Shown here in pieces: positions 40,221 to 50,178 of a stretch of DNA of 64,000 nt. Made by a program: the position numbers and the translations under genes. How positions within the stretch are numbered: position 1 is the first letter of the stretch; the number at the start of each line of letters is the position of its first letter. The notes under the pieces were generated by a model. It was not told the DNA's origin and did no database searches. It saw only the letters and a program-made list of their open reading frames with translations. Source of the DNA: a virus (Duplodnaviria; Caudoviricetes); the IMG/VR virus record IMGVR_UViG_3300043077_000173, positions 32,001 to 96,000 of that record. The stretch is one strand, 5' to 3'.

Positions 40221-41315
40221 TTAATGAATATCCATATAAAAAGGCATATCATATTTTGGTTGTCTTTCTTTATTTTTATCAAAATTATAGGTTGAAAAGA
40301 CTTCCAATTTCAAGTCTAGACTAAATCGTTCTTGTAGATACATCATTATCATAATCAATGAAGCCGATATTAAGTCATCGTGTGTTGTACCGTTTGCTGA
40401 ATATGATTGAGCCGATTTAGCAGAAAAGTTTGACAATTGTACCGCATATTCTCTTGAGTAAATTTTTAACTTATTGCTTTCAATCAAGATTTTTAGTTGT
40501 GAACAAGCAGCTGGTTTTGTTGTACGAGTTGTTGTAAAGCCTATACGCTTATTATTTCTTTCAGTGATGAGTTTAGCTCTTTTTATATAGTTTACCCCAC
40601 CCTTTTCATTTAAGGCACAAATAAAGCCTTCAGCAGAACCGTTATTTTCTAATGACCAATAGATTTCAGGAAAACGATTACCAAGCTCTCTAATTTTCGC
40701 ATATAGCCAATCAGTAATAGCTTTAACCTTCTCTATCTGCATGTTCTGGTTAAGCTTGTCAGATTGCCATTCAGCCACCTGTTCCATAGAAGGAAACGCA
40801 AATAATTGAATCGCAGCAAAGTCCCCTTCAACACCCATTGAAGTATCAATAGCCAGAAAATACTTTTGCCAAGGATTTATGTCACAATAAAATCTTACAT
40901 CATTGTCTACTAAAAACTTATATGTAACATTTTGTAAATCTAATAAAAGGTTTCTAATAACAGACGTATCAATTAAAGAGTTTGATTGACCAATGAACTC
41001 ACAATTATGTACCAAAATATCATTAGCAAAAAATTTATTACCATCATCTACTTGTAAAATGTCGTAAACATCATTTACTCCAACGTTTTCAATATGTTTT
41101 ATAGCAATCATTCCATCAACGGTGTAAACATAATCGTTTACCTTATATGATTTAGCCTCAGAACATTCAAAAACGTTTTTATAAATCTTATGATCTTCTG
41201 TACAAACAATTTCTTTACCGTTTTCAAGCGTGATTTTAATCGTATTCTTTCCAACGATTTTTCTAACGCCTTCAAACGGTTTCCAGCCATCATTTGTCCA
41301 AATCTTGTATCCCAT
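40221..41315 (-). CDS. terL: Terminase large subunit, C-terminal (nuclease) half fused to a split-intein C fragment
   Basis: HN|CEFIG junction, then AIDTSMGVEGDF, LENN, GFTTTRTTKPAAC, HDDL nuclease motifs; no Walker A/B ATPase domain. Confidence 0.85.
   Translation of the reverse strand: MGYKIWTNDGWKPFEGVRKIVGKNTIKITLENGKEIVCTEDHKIYKNVFECSEAKSYKVNDYVYTVDGMIAIKHIENVGVNDVYDILQVDDGNKFFANDILVHNCEFIGQSNSLIDTSVIRNLLLDLQNVTYKFLVDNDVRFYCDINPWQKYFLAIDTSMGVEGDFAAIQLFAFPSMEQVAEWQSDKLNQNMQIEKVKAITDWLYAKIRELGNRFPEIYWSLENNGSAEGFICALNEKGGVNYIKRAKLITERNNKRIGFTTTRTTKPAACSQLKILIESNKLKIYSREYAVQLSNFSAKSAQSYSANGTTHDDLISASLIMIMMYLQERFSLDLKLEVFSTYNFDKNKERQPKYDMPFYMDIH
41004..41315 (-). mobile_element. Split intein C fragment (104 aa)
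   Basis: No block A nucleophile; has CTEDH (block B), VYDI (block F), ILVHN|C (block G). Confidence 0.85.
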
Positions 41316-41323
41316 TTTGCTCC

Positions 41324-42379
41324 CTAATCTTTTGGAAATGATTTAGCAAAGTAAGAACTAATCAAGTTCAATTCTGTTAAAAGCTTTTCAAGACCCCATT
41401 TTTTCAAGTATTTACTAACATTCATAACAACACCGGTTTTATTCTCTTTATTTTTCAACTCGTTAATACAGTTATCAATGTTTTGTTTCAAATCATCCGG
41501 AATCTCATTTAAGTCAATCAGTTTACGGTTAAACTCATAGCATTCTTTAACAATCTTCTTTTCACCTAAAGGATTTGTCCATGTACTGTTCATAAAGTTT
41601 TGCCAGTTATAGCCTTTATCCTTACGATCTTCAAAAGCATCTCTTATACCAATCTGTTTCTTTGTAGACGTTTCTCTCACTCTCGGGAAAGCAGAAATAA
41701 TGTTATCAGATACATCGCCTCTAATGCATTTCATAAACAAAGCATACTCAACCCAGTCTTTCATAGGTGTTAATGGCTCACCTTTCTCCAAAGTAAAGTC
41801 AGTTCTTGAGATAGATACTTTCCCATCTTTTACAGCAAACTTTAATGGTTGATGTTTATCGGCAGTAAAGATACAATCCTTTGTGATAATTCTTTCTTCC
41901 ATAGAATTGTAGATAATCGTATTCTCATCTAATAATTGTATATAGTCATTATCGGTTGAAAGAATGACTTTTAAATCATCTGTGTGAGTCTTTACAAACC
42001 GTGCGATTAAATCATCTGCTTCAGCGTTTTCACAAGATAAGAATGAAACATTTGTAGAATCTTTTAGAAATGGTAGAAAATCGTTTTTGAAAACATCTTT
42101 TAAACGCTCTTCCCTTAAAGCGTCAGCAGGGCTTCTCTGTTGTAGCTTTTCTATACGATTTGCTTTATAAGCGTAGTAAATGTTCTTTCTCCACGATTTA
42201 TTACCATCAGTACAGATTACTAAATGTTGTGGATTAAACTTTTCAGACGCTTTCTTAATCATGTTAATCAACATATGTATCAACATACCATTTTGCATGT
42301 CATCACTGTCTTTTGTATTAACAGTGTACATTGCTCTAAAAAACAAGTTATAAATGTCAATTAGTAAATACGATTTCAT
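41324..42379 (-). CDS. RNase H / 5'-3' flap exonuclease (T4 rnh-like)
   Basis: LLIDxxN, SWRK..Y..YKANR, EADD, STDND, GDVSDNI. Confidence 0.85.
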   Translation of the reverse strand: MKSYLLIDIYNLFFRAMYTVNTKDSDDMQNGMLIHMLINMIKKASEKFNPQHLVICTDGNKSWRKNIYYAYKANRIEKLQQRSPADALREERLKDVFKNDFLPFLKDSTNVSFLSCENAEADDLIARFVKTHTDDLKVILSTDNDYIQLLDENTIIYNSMEERIITKDCIFTADKHQPLKFAVKDGKVSISRTDFTLEKGEPLTPMKDWVEYALFMKCIRGDVSDNIISAFPRVRETSTKKQIGIRDAFEDRKDKGYNWQNFMNSTWTNPLGEKKIVKECYEFNRKLIDLNEIPDDLKQNIDNCINELKNKENKTGVVMNVSKYLKKWGLEKLLTELNLISSYFAKSFPKD

Positions 42380-42383
42380 TGCT

Positions 42384-42980
42384 CTATCTCAAAAAAACTA
42401 AACCATCTTGCCCTTCAACACCTTGTTCTTCAGTCTGTTCCAAATAATTGTCTTCAACGTTTGCTGCTAAAAATGAAGCTAACCATTGACCAGCAACTTC
42501 TTCATCAGTGTTTCCAGGAAAACCTCTATCTTTCATCTTTTTAATAAAGGTTTTATTGTAAACCACCTCAATCTGGATTCGGTCAATGTTTTCTATATTT
42601 TCATTACTTCTAATAGCAACCCAAGGCTTACCTAGAATATCGTTCTTTTCTTTACAATACTCTATGCCATCAATCTTACCATACTTTAACTTAATGTCAA
42701 GCAATTTAATTTTGTTATCTTCATCCCTTTCATTGTTAGGGTTTAACTCACATAGCTTTAATTCATACTCATAATCATCTAAATGATTGTATTTTTTCTC
42801 TATTTCTAAACGCTTTATCTGATATTGTTTTAAAGTCTTTAAGCCTTCAGTATCGTATTCAATATCTAATAAAGCCTTTTCCTTTTCTTCTCCCTTTAAC
42901 TCATATTCAATACGAGCTTTTTCCCTATCTTTTCCTTTTAAAAAGATTCCAGAAGCTGTAAATCTAAATGGTATTTTCAT
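42384..42980 (-). CDS. Conserved hypothetical phage protein
   Basis: 198 aa; KPWV...GFPGNTDEEVAGQW. Confidence 0.6.
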   Translation of the reverse strand: MKIPFRFTASGIFLKGKDREKARIEYELKGEEKEKALLDIEYDTEGLKTLKQYQIKRLEIEKKYNHLDDYEYELKLCELNPNNERDEDNKIKLLDIKLKYGKIDGIEYCKEKNDILGKPWVAIRSNENIENIDRIQIEVVYNKTFIKKMKDRGFPGNTDEEVAGQWLASFLAANVEDNYLEQTEEQGVEGQDGLVFLR

Positions 42981-43012
42981 AGTATTTCCTTAAAACATTC
43001 TTAAATGCTGTC

Positions 43013-43041
43013 ATTTTAAAGCATAATAAATGTTTTGTCAA
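43013..43041 (-). promoter_or_regulatory. Sigma70-type promoter for the 42980-rnh-terL(C) unit
   Basis: TTGACA-N17-TAAAAT. Confidence 0.65.
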
Positions 43042-43078
43042 TATACAAAAAAAGAGTGGTTTTTATTATTGTTTCACA

Positions 43079-43139
43079 TATAAATATTTCTAATACAACA
43101 AATGGGACAAGAATTACGACTTCTCACCCCATTTTAAAC
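43079..43139 (+). promoter_or_regulatory. Late promoter TATAAATA plus leader hairpin of the nuclease gene
   Basis: TATAAATA at 43079-43086; AAATGGG..AGAA..TTCT..CCCATTT followed by TAAAC. Confidence 0.6.
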
Positions 43140-43164
43140 AACTTAAACTAATTAGGAGTTCAAG

Positions 43165-44172
43165 ATGTCTAGTAATATTTATGCCACCTATAATATAGAT
43201 AAGTCAAGATTAAAGCGTGATTATGTAAGTAATCCATTAAAAGCTGGAGAACGTCCATATAAAGAAGATTTAGAATATCTCTATCTCGAACTGAATATTA
43301 GGGACAAAGATTTACAAATTATCTTTAATACTTCTTATTCATCAGTACGCAGGTATTTACAAAAGTATTCTCTTAAAAAGCCTAAAGAACTGATACAACA
43401 AAACAAATGTGCTACGAATATCGCAAAATATGGAGTACCATATATTTCTCAAAACAAAGAAATACGTGAAAAAATTGCTTTAACAAATATAGCTAAATAT
43501 GGTTCAAAATGCTCTGTAAATATAGAAAAATCTGAGCAAACAAAACTTCTCCGGTATGGTAATACAAGATACACAAACCGACAAAAAGCTAAAGCTACTA
43601 ACAAGAGAATTCATGGCGATGAAAACTATAATAACAGGAATAAAGCATATGAAACTTGTTTAGAACGTTACGGCACAATATTTTATACGCAAACAAACGA
43701 ATATAAAGAATTATATTCAAACTCTAATTTTGTTAAACAAAAACAAGAAAAAGAACACATAACCAAAAAGAAAAATGGTACTGAAGGAGTATCTATAAAA
43801 GAAGATAAATTATTTAATATTTTATTAACCAAATTCCCCGATGTCAAAAGGCAATACAGAACTGATGTATATCCTTACCCCTGTGATTTTTACATACCAT
43901 CGTTGGATTTATATATTGAATATCAAGGTGAACCAGGACATGGAACGGAACCATATATTGGAACTCCAGAGCAAGTTAAACTTGCTAATACATGGATGCA
44001 AAAATCAACCGAGATTAACTGGAAAGGACAAAAGAAAACACGCTATTTAACAATGTATAAACGTTGGACAATTACCGACCCTAAAAAACGAAAAATTGTT
44101 AAAGATAATCATCTAAAATGGATTGAATTTTTCAATGAAAAAGAATTTATGGACTGGTTTAACAAACAATAA
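43165..44172 (+). CDS. KRDY-family PD-(D/E)xK homing endonuclease
   Basis: KRDYVSNPL..PYKEDL, KYG repeats, YPYPCDFYIPSLDLYIEYQG..GHG, TDPKKR. Confidence 0.75.
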   Translation: MSSNIYATYNIDKSRLKRDYVSNPLKAGERPYKEDLEYLYLELNIRDKDLQIIFNTSYSSVRRYLQKYSLKKPKELIQQNKCATNIAKYGVPYISQNKEIREKIALTNIAKYGSKCSVNIEKSEQTKLLRYGNTRYTNRQKAKATNKRIHGDENYNNRNKAYETCLERYGTIFYTQTNEYKELYSNSNFVKQKQEKEHITKKKNGTEGVSIKEDKLFNILLTKFPDVKRQYRTDVYPYPCDFYIPSLDLYIEYQGEPGHGTEPYIGTPEQVKLANTWMQKSTEINWKGQKKTRYLTMYKRWTITDPKKRKIVKDNHLKWIEFFNEKEFMDWFNKQ

Positions 44173-44210
44173 AAAAAGCATCCCCTGAATAAGAGGATGC
44201 TTTAATTTTT
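44171..44210. terminator. Bidirectional terminator between the nuclease and sheath genes
   Basis: AAAAAAAGCATCC / GGATGCTTT stem. Confidence 0.8.
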
Positions 44211-44222
44211 CAGTTCAATCGT

Positions 44223-47200
44223 TTAGTTAGAACTTGATAAGGATCCAGTTTTAACAATGCGAATGGGCAGATAAATTTGTTCTATGGATTTTGTAGGTTC
44301 CAAAGCTATTTCTGCCCATAACTCTTTTCGCTCAATTCTCTCCGATGTATTAACCGTAGTATCGGTTACAAGAGTAAAGTCATAAATTTCTTCTCTTGAC
44401 ATATAATCGTTAAGAATAGAGCGTAAAGAAGCGTCAAAATCATTTCTTACAGATTGTGTATTCAACTGGAAGAAGAATGGTTGGCAAGCAGCTTCTAATT
44501 CACGTTTTAATCTTAATAGCATGATAATTGTATGCTCGTCTGATAACGCTGAAGTATATGAATTTTCAGTAGCTTCACCCCAAATTAATAGACCAGCGTT
44601 TCTTCTAGGCATAATTGGGTTAATACTATTCGAAACTAATACTTCACCAAGGCTATCTTTTACTGAAACAGCAGTATATTCGTTTTCATCGTTAATATAA
44701 CCAACAGAAGAAGCATTAGATACTTGACCATATTGTGTACCAGCAGCTATACGACCTCTTGGTAATGTTAGGAGGTTATACATTTTAACAACAGATGAAG
44801 GAACAGCAATTTCAGAACCATCTACGTTAGTTGTTAATGCCATAGATGGGTATTGACGTGTTTGGTAAGCACTGTAAATAATACGACCATCTTCACCATG
44901 TGAGTTAGCATTGTTCTTGTTTGTTGCCCAAGCTGTAACTTCTGATGCTTTAGGAGCCAATCTAGCTGGAGTATCTGAAACATTGTAGAACATCTCTTTC
45001 TTATCAACGTTGAGTTCTTTAATCTCATCATCTAGTTCAGGATAGCCTGCACAGTTAATGAAATAGAAATCATAATCATCTGAACGAATATCTTCATTGC
45101 TATTAATTGCTTCAGCTAATGCTTTAACAACCATTTTACGCTGAGCTTTACGACCAAATAATCCAGAACCATCTAAATCATTTCCAGAAGCAGTTGACCA
45201 ACGGGTTGTCTTAACATTCTTCGTAGAACCTGGGGTAGCAAATTCACTTGATTTACCAACTGTAAAGGTTTCACCATATGTTTTAACACCGTCTACATAC
45301 TTGTCGTTATATGATTTAATGTTGTTTGTTGAATACATTGTGTTAAACAATAGAATACCACCTGGATAAGATAATGGGTTTACACAATCTGGATCAACAT
45401 AATTTGAAATCATCAAATCATCAGATTCTTCTGAGAATGCAACGTGTTTAGAACCTGTGTAAGCTGGACCTGCATTTTCACGAGCATCAGCATATACAAC
45501 ACCTAAACCAGTTGATTGATCTGTGTTATCAACAACTTCCCACTCACCATCAAAGTAACGATAGATTGTTGGATATTCTGTATCATTAGTATCAATCCAT
45601 AAATCATATTCCTGTAGATCAGAACCTTCTTCTTTTGTTTCTGGTTCTTCTGTATTGACAATAATATCAGCACAAGGATACATATTCTTATAACCTAACC
45701 ACTGTTGACCATCGTTAACCATGATATCAAACTTGTAGTCATCATTGAACCACAATGTGCCAATTTCAGGCTCTGTAGTTGGCTCTAGGTTAGAAGATTC
45801 ATAAGAAACTTCAATCCAGTTACCGTTTGTATATTCGCCTTCAGCTAGACCACATTTTTCAAGAATATTACCTTTAACGTTTGCTAATTCAATGGTGTTA
45901 CCACTTGAGGAAACGATTCGTAATGCTTTATTGTAAACATCTGCAGAAACGTTTTCAATCTTAGCTTTGTTAATGTATGTTACCAAATCTTCTACTGTCT
46001 TTCCATAAACGGTAATTAGATATGTTTGAATTGCACCATCTACAATCGTTTTAATAGAAATTACATCACCATTTGTTAATTCTTCAGCAGCCGTTGCTTC
46101 AATAGCATTTACTCCACCAACGAATTTCATAATTTTTTCAGAAACAGTGTTTTCGTCATATTTAACGATCATAGCTGAACCCTTTTCTTCAGCTTCAAGA
46201 TATGTACCATACATTGGTAATACTGATGAAGTCCAAGATTTAGAAGTCTTGCTATATTTCTTCATTACATATGAAGCACCATAGTTTGGCTCGGTTGTTT
46301 TAACCCAGATTGATCCAGCATTCTCTCCGGAAGGAATCTTTGTATGGGAACCGAATACAACGGAAACATTATCTCCAACAACAACCTGTTTAACATCATT
46401 TAGTTCAAAGCCTAAATCTTCTAAAGCTGTACCAGATTTTTCAATCATTAGAATAGCTTCGGCAGTGTTAGCAACGGATAAAACACCATCTTCATATGTA
46501 GCTAGAACATTAACAATACCGGCTTCGTTAATAAGTTCTTTAACAGCATTAGCATTTGAACCAGCTGGAACTGTCAATTCTTTACCCATAACACTGATAA
46601 CCGATTCAGTCTTAACTGTTACACCAGATGCAACAGTCGCTTTAACGGTTGCAGGAAACTGATCTTTCCAACCACGTGAACCAATCTCATACCAAGCTTG
46701 AGCAATATTCTCATAAAACTTGATTTCGTTATTTAAACAAACTACACAAACATCACCGTTTGAACCATATGTCATAGCTGGTTTACCTGTTTCGTCAATG
46801 TAGTCATCAGATGGAGTTAAAACACCATCGATTCTATCCCATGCAATAGCTGGACGTCTATTACCATTTGCTCTGAATAAGCCAAATGATGTCGAGGCTT
46901 TATCAAGCCATAACGTGTTGGCTTTTGGCTCGCTTGTTGGTTCTTCTTTTGTAGCAACTAGCTGACCTAAGTCAATGTCTGCACGTAAACCATAAGCCAA
47001 GGCTGAGGCACCAAGACCACTATACAAAGCATACAAGCCAACTTCGTTTAGCTCATCACCCTGTTGAACCGTTCCGTCAATAGTTGTAAATTGTGGAACA
47101 CCATATGTTTCAACAACATCAGACTGTGATGTCAAAAGCATAACTTCATTAGCTGTACTTTTTGTTGTACCTGGAGCAATTTCCCCTGTGTCTTCGTCAA

Positions 47201-47312
47201 TTACCTTGTTTTCAGCAGTTGCGAACACATATAAAGGTATAACTGTAGAAGTGCCAGAACCATATGTAGATTCGTCAATAATCTCAATATGGGTTTTTGC
47301 TAATTCTGCCAT
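44223..47312 (-). CDS. Tail sheath protein (gp18-like) with large insertions
   Basis: IIDES.Y, YGVP.F..GDELNEVGL, C-terminal INPI...WG...IALEPTKSIEQIYLPIRI. Confidence 0.9.
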   Translation of the reverse strand: MAELAKTHIEIIDESTYGSGTSTVIPLYVFATAENKVIDEDTGEIAPGTTKSTANEVMLLTSQSDVVETYGVPQFTTIDGTVQQGDELNEVGLYALYSGLGASALAYGLRADIDLGQLVATKEEPTSEPKANTLWLDKASTSFGLFRANGNRRPAIAWDRIDGVLTPSDDYIDETGKPAMTYGSNGDVCVVCLNNEIKFYENIAQAWYEIGSRGWKDQFPATVKATVASGVTVKTESVISVMGKELTVPAGSNANAVKELINEAGIVNVLATYEDGVLSVANTAEAILMIEKSGTALEDLGFELNDVKQVVVGDNVSVVFGSHTKIPSGENAGSIWVKTTEPNYGASYVMKKYSKTSKSWTSSVLPMYGTYLEAEEKGSAMIVKYDENTVSEKIMKFVGGVNAIEATAAEELTNGDVISIKTIVDGAIQTYLITVYGKTVEDLVTYINKAKIENVSADVYNKALRIVSSSGNTIELANVKGNILEKCGLAEGEYTNGNWIEVSYESSNLEPTTEPEIGTLWFNDDYKFDIMVNDGQQWLGYKNMYPCADIIVNTEEPETKEEGSDLQEYDLWIDTNDTEYPTIYRYFDGEWEVVDNTDQSTGLGVVYADARENAGPAYTGSKHVAFSEESDDLMISNYVDPDCVNPLSYPGGILLFNTMYSTNNIKSYNDKYVDGVKTYGETFTVGKSSEFATPGSTKNVKTTRWSTASGNDLDGSGLFGRKAQRKMVVKALAEAINSNEDIRSDDYDFYFINCAGYPELDDEIKELNVDKKEMFYNVSDTPARLAPKASEVTAWATNKNNANSHGEDGRIIYSAYQTRQYPSMALTTNVDGSEIAVPSSVVKMYNLLTLPRGRIAAGTQYGQVSNASSVGYINDENEYTAVSVKDSLGEVLVSNSINPIMPRRNAGLLIWGEATENSYTSALSDEHTIIMLLRLKRELEAACQPFFFQLNTQSVRNDFDASLRSILNDYMSREEIYDFTLVTDTTVNTSERIERKELWAEIALEPTKSIEQIYLPIRIVKTGSLSSSN

Positions 47313-47383
47313 ATTTTTTCTCCTATTTTTAATCTATGTTCTTTTAAAGCTTTTAACAAAGTATCATCAAAAGCCTTTACTCA

Positions 47384-47391
47384 TATTTATA
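47384..47391 (-). promoter_or_regulatory. T4-type late promoter TATAAATA (sheath)
   Basis: Exact TATAAATA upstream of the sheath gene. Confidence 0.75.
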
Positions 47392-47416
47392 AGGTCCTAT
47401 CTTTTTAGGGGGTAAA

Positions 47417-49453
47417 TTACAGTTCGTTTTCAACGATAATTATCTCATTATCTAATGGTTTTTCGTTCAAAATGATATGTGTTTTATCCTCTGAAATTGT
47501 ATAATCTTTCACGGATAATTTTTCTGGAGAAGCCGAATAAATGTACGAACTGTTTGCTGAATAATCTTTATCGGCAACATAGTTTGAAATAGTGTATGTA
47601 TAAACACCTTTCTTACGATTTGTTGTAATAGTTTCAAACAATACTTTATCACCATTTACATAAAGTATTCCTTTACGGTTTTTGGAAGAATTTGGTAAAA
47701 TGATGTTATTAGAGTCTATGGTAAACGATTCACCATCTTTCTGAATATCTGTTAATAATGATATATGAGATTTTTTCCAAACCGTTAACTTGCTTTCACT
47801 CTTATAACCATTTGGTATCTCATATTCTTGATTACCGTTTAAACATACTGCTGAAATGCTTGGCAAAGTATAGTCATAAACTTTTTTAGTTTGTTCGTTA
47901 TAGGTATATACGGTTGATCCTTTTAAATGTTTTTCGGTAATATATGATCCACCACTACCTCTCCTTATAGATTTTAAAAGATTCTCAGAGGCATCATAAT
48001 CATAAAACTCAATGATTTCAGAGCCTATCAAAATCTTTCCTGGAATCTTTACGTCAGAATCATCTACATATGGTAATTTAAGCTTTTTAATATTCTTTAC
48101 TCTAATGGTTTTATCACCAATGTTTAATTCTCTAGCTAATTCGGTAATCATTGATTTTGAAATAACAATATCACTATTTTCACCTTTATGATCTACGTTA
48201 AATAATGATGATATCGTTCCGTTAGACTCTGTACAAATCTTTAAATCTTCGTTAGGATATACCGCAATAAGTTCAGATGGTCTATTCTGTTCATAAAATG
48301 GTCTTAAAAACTCGTTTCCATCAAGAGTTATGAGGTTATTACTTTGTCCGTAACAATCTTCATAAGTATAGATCTTGTCATATAGTTGTCCATAGTCTAT
48401 AACCGTTATGATAACATGATAACCTTCTTTTAGTTCATCCTTTAATAATAATCCTTCAGAAGTCCTTTCGTAGTTGTATGTCGGTATTCTTGTACCATTT
48501 GGATACTCAATATGAACAATAGTTTTTCGAGTACCATATTTGCTATCCGGAATCGTAAAGACTGTGTTATTAACATCTACAAATTGTCTGATATCGCTTT
48601 CATCAGTCGATTCTTTAAATGATGTAACCGCATAAACAAGACCACTCCGAACACCATCATATTCGTTAATGATGTAGATCTTATCATCTTTTTTAACCTT
48701 TGTAAATACTGATAAAATTTTTGTGTTATCATTATACGAAAATTCTTCTTCTACACCGTTTCTGTAAACCGTTAAATTACCAATTTTATCAAATTTCTTT
48801 AATGAAAATGTTGATACACCAGCAATTATGTAACTCTTTTCATAAGGGAATGTTAATAAAGATGATTTTTCCGTAGAATCTGTTATGTAGTAATCAGCCG
48901 AAACTGTTGGAGCATCATATAGTTGGTTATCATATAAAAATGTATCATACCCAAAATTGTCTATATCAAATTCTCCACCTTCAACGGTAATCCCTTTAAA
49001 ATGACAGTTTAAAACGTCTTCAAGGTATGCTTTCATTTCATCATCTGTCAAAACGTTATGCTTTATGTACCACAAACGATTTGCTGCAGTTGTATCCATA
49101 TATTCAATGTCCGACATCGAACCTTGCTCATCAACCTCTTTACAAACGGAGTCAAATCGCATACCAACTTCAATATTGCATTCATCTTGTGCTTCAATGT
49201 TACAAACATCTGTTTTATTGGAGTATTTTTCAATAAACTGTTCAAATTGTACATGATATGGCTTAACACTATTAATGTAATCAATAATGTCATCTGATAA
49301 AGACTCTTTTTCATACTTTTGATCCGTTACAGTCGAGTTAATACCTGTAAAGTTTACAAGACTTGTTTTTAAAGCCCAATCTACATTCTTTTGCTCAGAA
49401 AATATGTAATGTAAAAGACCAAAAAATATTTTATTTCTATCAAGTGCGGACAT
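47417..49453 (-). CDS. Baseplate / structural protein; probable C-terminal partner of the 2212-aa protein
   Basis: FF...YIFSEQ..VDWALKTS...YINSVKPYH; later RPSEL and IRRG motifs. Confidence 0.6.
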   Translation of the reverse strand: MSALDRNKIFFGLLHYIFSEQKNVDWALKTSLVNFTGINSTVTDQKYEKESLSDDIIDYINSVKPYHVQFEQFIEKYSNKTDVCNIEAQDECNIEVGMRFDSVCKEVDEQGSMSDIEYMDTTAANRLWYIKHNVLTDDEMKAYLEDVLNCHFKGITVEGGEFDIDNFGYDTFLYDNQLYDAPTVSADYYITDSTEKSSLLTFPYEKSYIIAGVSTFSLKKFDKIGNLTVYRNGVEEEFSYNDNTKILSVFTKVKKDDKIYIINEYDGVRSGLVYAVTSFKESTDESDIRQFVDVNNTVFTIPDSKYGTRKTIVHIEYPNGTRIPTYNYERTSEGLLLKDELKEGYHVIITVIDYGQLYDKIYTYEDCYGQSNNLITLDGNEFLRPFYEQNRPSELIAVYPNEDLKICTESNGTISSLFNVDHKGENSDIVISKSMITELARELNIGDKTIRVKNIKKLKLPYVDDSDVKIPGKILIGSEIIEFYDYDASENLLKSIRRGSGGSYITEKHLKGSTVYTYNEQTKKVYDYTLPSISAVCLNGNQEYEIPNGYKSESKLTVWKKSHISLLTDIQKDGESFTIDSNNIILPNSSKNRKGILYVNGDKVLFETITTNRKKGVYTYTISNYVADKDYSANSSYIYSASPEKLSVKDYTISEDKTHIILNEKPLDNEIIIVENEL

Positions 49454-49605
49454 TATTTTTCCTTAACCATTCAATCAGTATTTATTACTTTTCAAACCGT
49501 TTGTTTATGAGCAAAAATTCGAATTTTAGATAATACGAATAAATAAAAGTACAAACAAGAAAAATAATGTTTATTTAATACAATATGTTATAATAAGGGG
49601 TTTCT

Positions 49606-50133
49606 ATGTCCTACACAGGATTCTTAACATCACCAGATTACACAAGACGTTCACAGAACGAAACTATTGACGGTGAGTGGGTTTTTTCAAATGTTACTAC
49701 TTTTGAAAAGGTCGTTAGGGGAACTGCTTTAGCTACATATTATGGCGACATTGCTGAATATTACGAACATGATAATGAAGAAATGCTACCAGTTGGCACT
49801 TTAGTCAAATTCGGTGGCAAATATGAAATAACAAAAACACAAAAAGATGATAAAAGCTTCTTCGGAATCATATCGTCTAATCCAGGTGTTGTTCTCAATG
49901 AGCAAGAATCAGATAGATTTTCACCCATTGCTCTTTGTGGCCGAGTTCCTTGTCGTGTTAATGGGTTTGTCAAAAAATTTGATAAACTTACAATCTCTAA
50001 AGTTCCAGGAGTCGCTAGAAAGAAAACATTTTTAGACACTCTTTTAAGAAGACCAACTATAGGTATTGCTTTAGAAGATAAGTTTAACAAGTTTGAAAGA
50101 CTTATCCCAATTTTTGTTAGAGCGAATATCTAG
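49606..50133 (+). CDS. Stand-alone tail-fiber C-terminal chaperone / autoproteolysis-like domain (Peptidase G2-like)
   Basis: YGDIAEYY, GIISSNP, IALCGRVPCRV, IGIALED. Confidence 0.65.
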   Translation: MSYTGFLTSPDYTRRSQNETIDGEWVFSNVTTFEKVVRGTALATYYGDIAEYYEHDNEEMLPVGTLVKFGGKYEITKTQKDDKSFFGIISSNPGVVLNEQESDRFSPIALCGRVPCRVNGFVKKFDKLTISKVPGVARKKTFLDTLLRRPTIGIALEDKFNKFERLIPIFVRANI

Positions 50134-50178
50134 TCATTTGGCTTCATAAATATTCCTCGATAATGGTAGGAGTATTGT

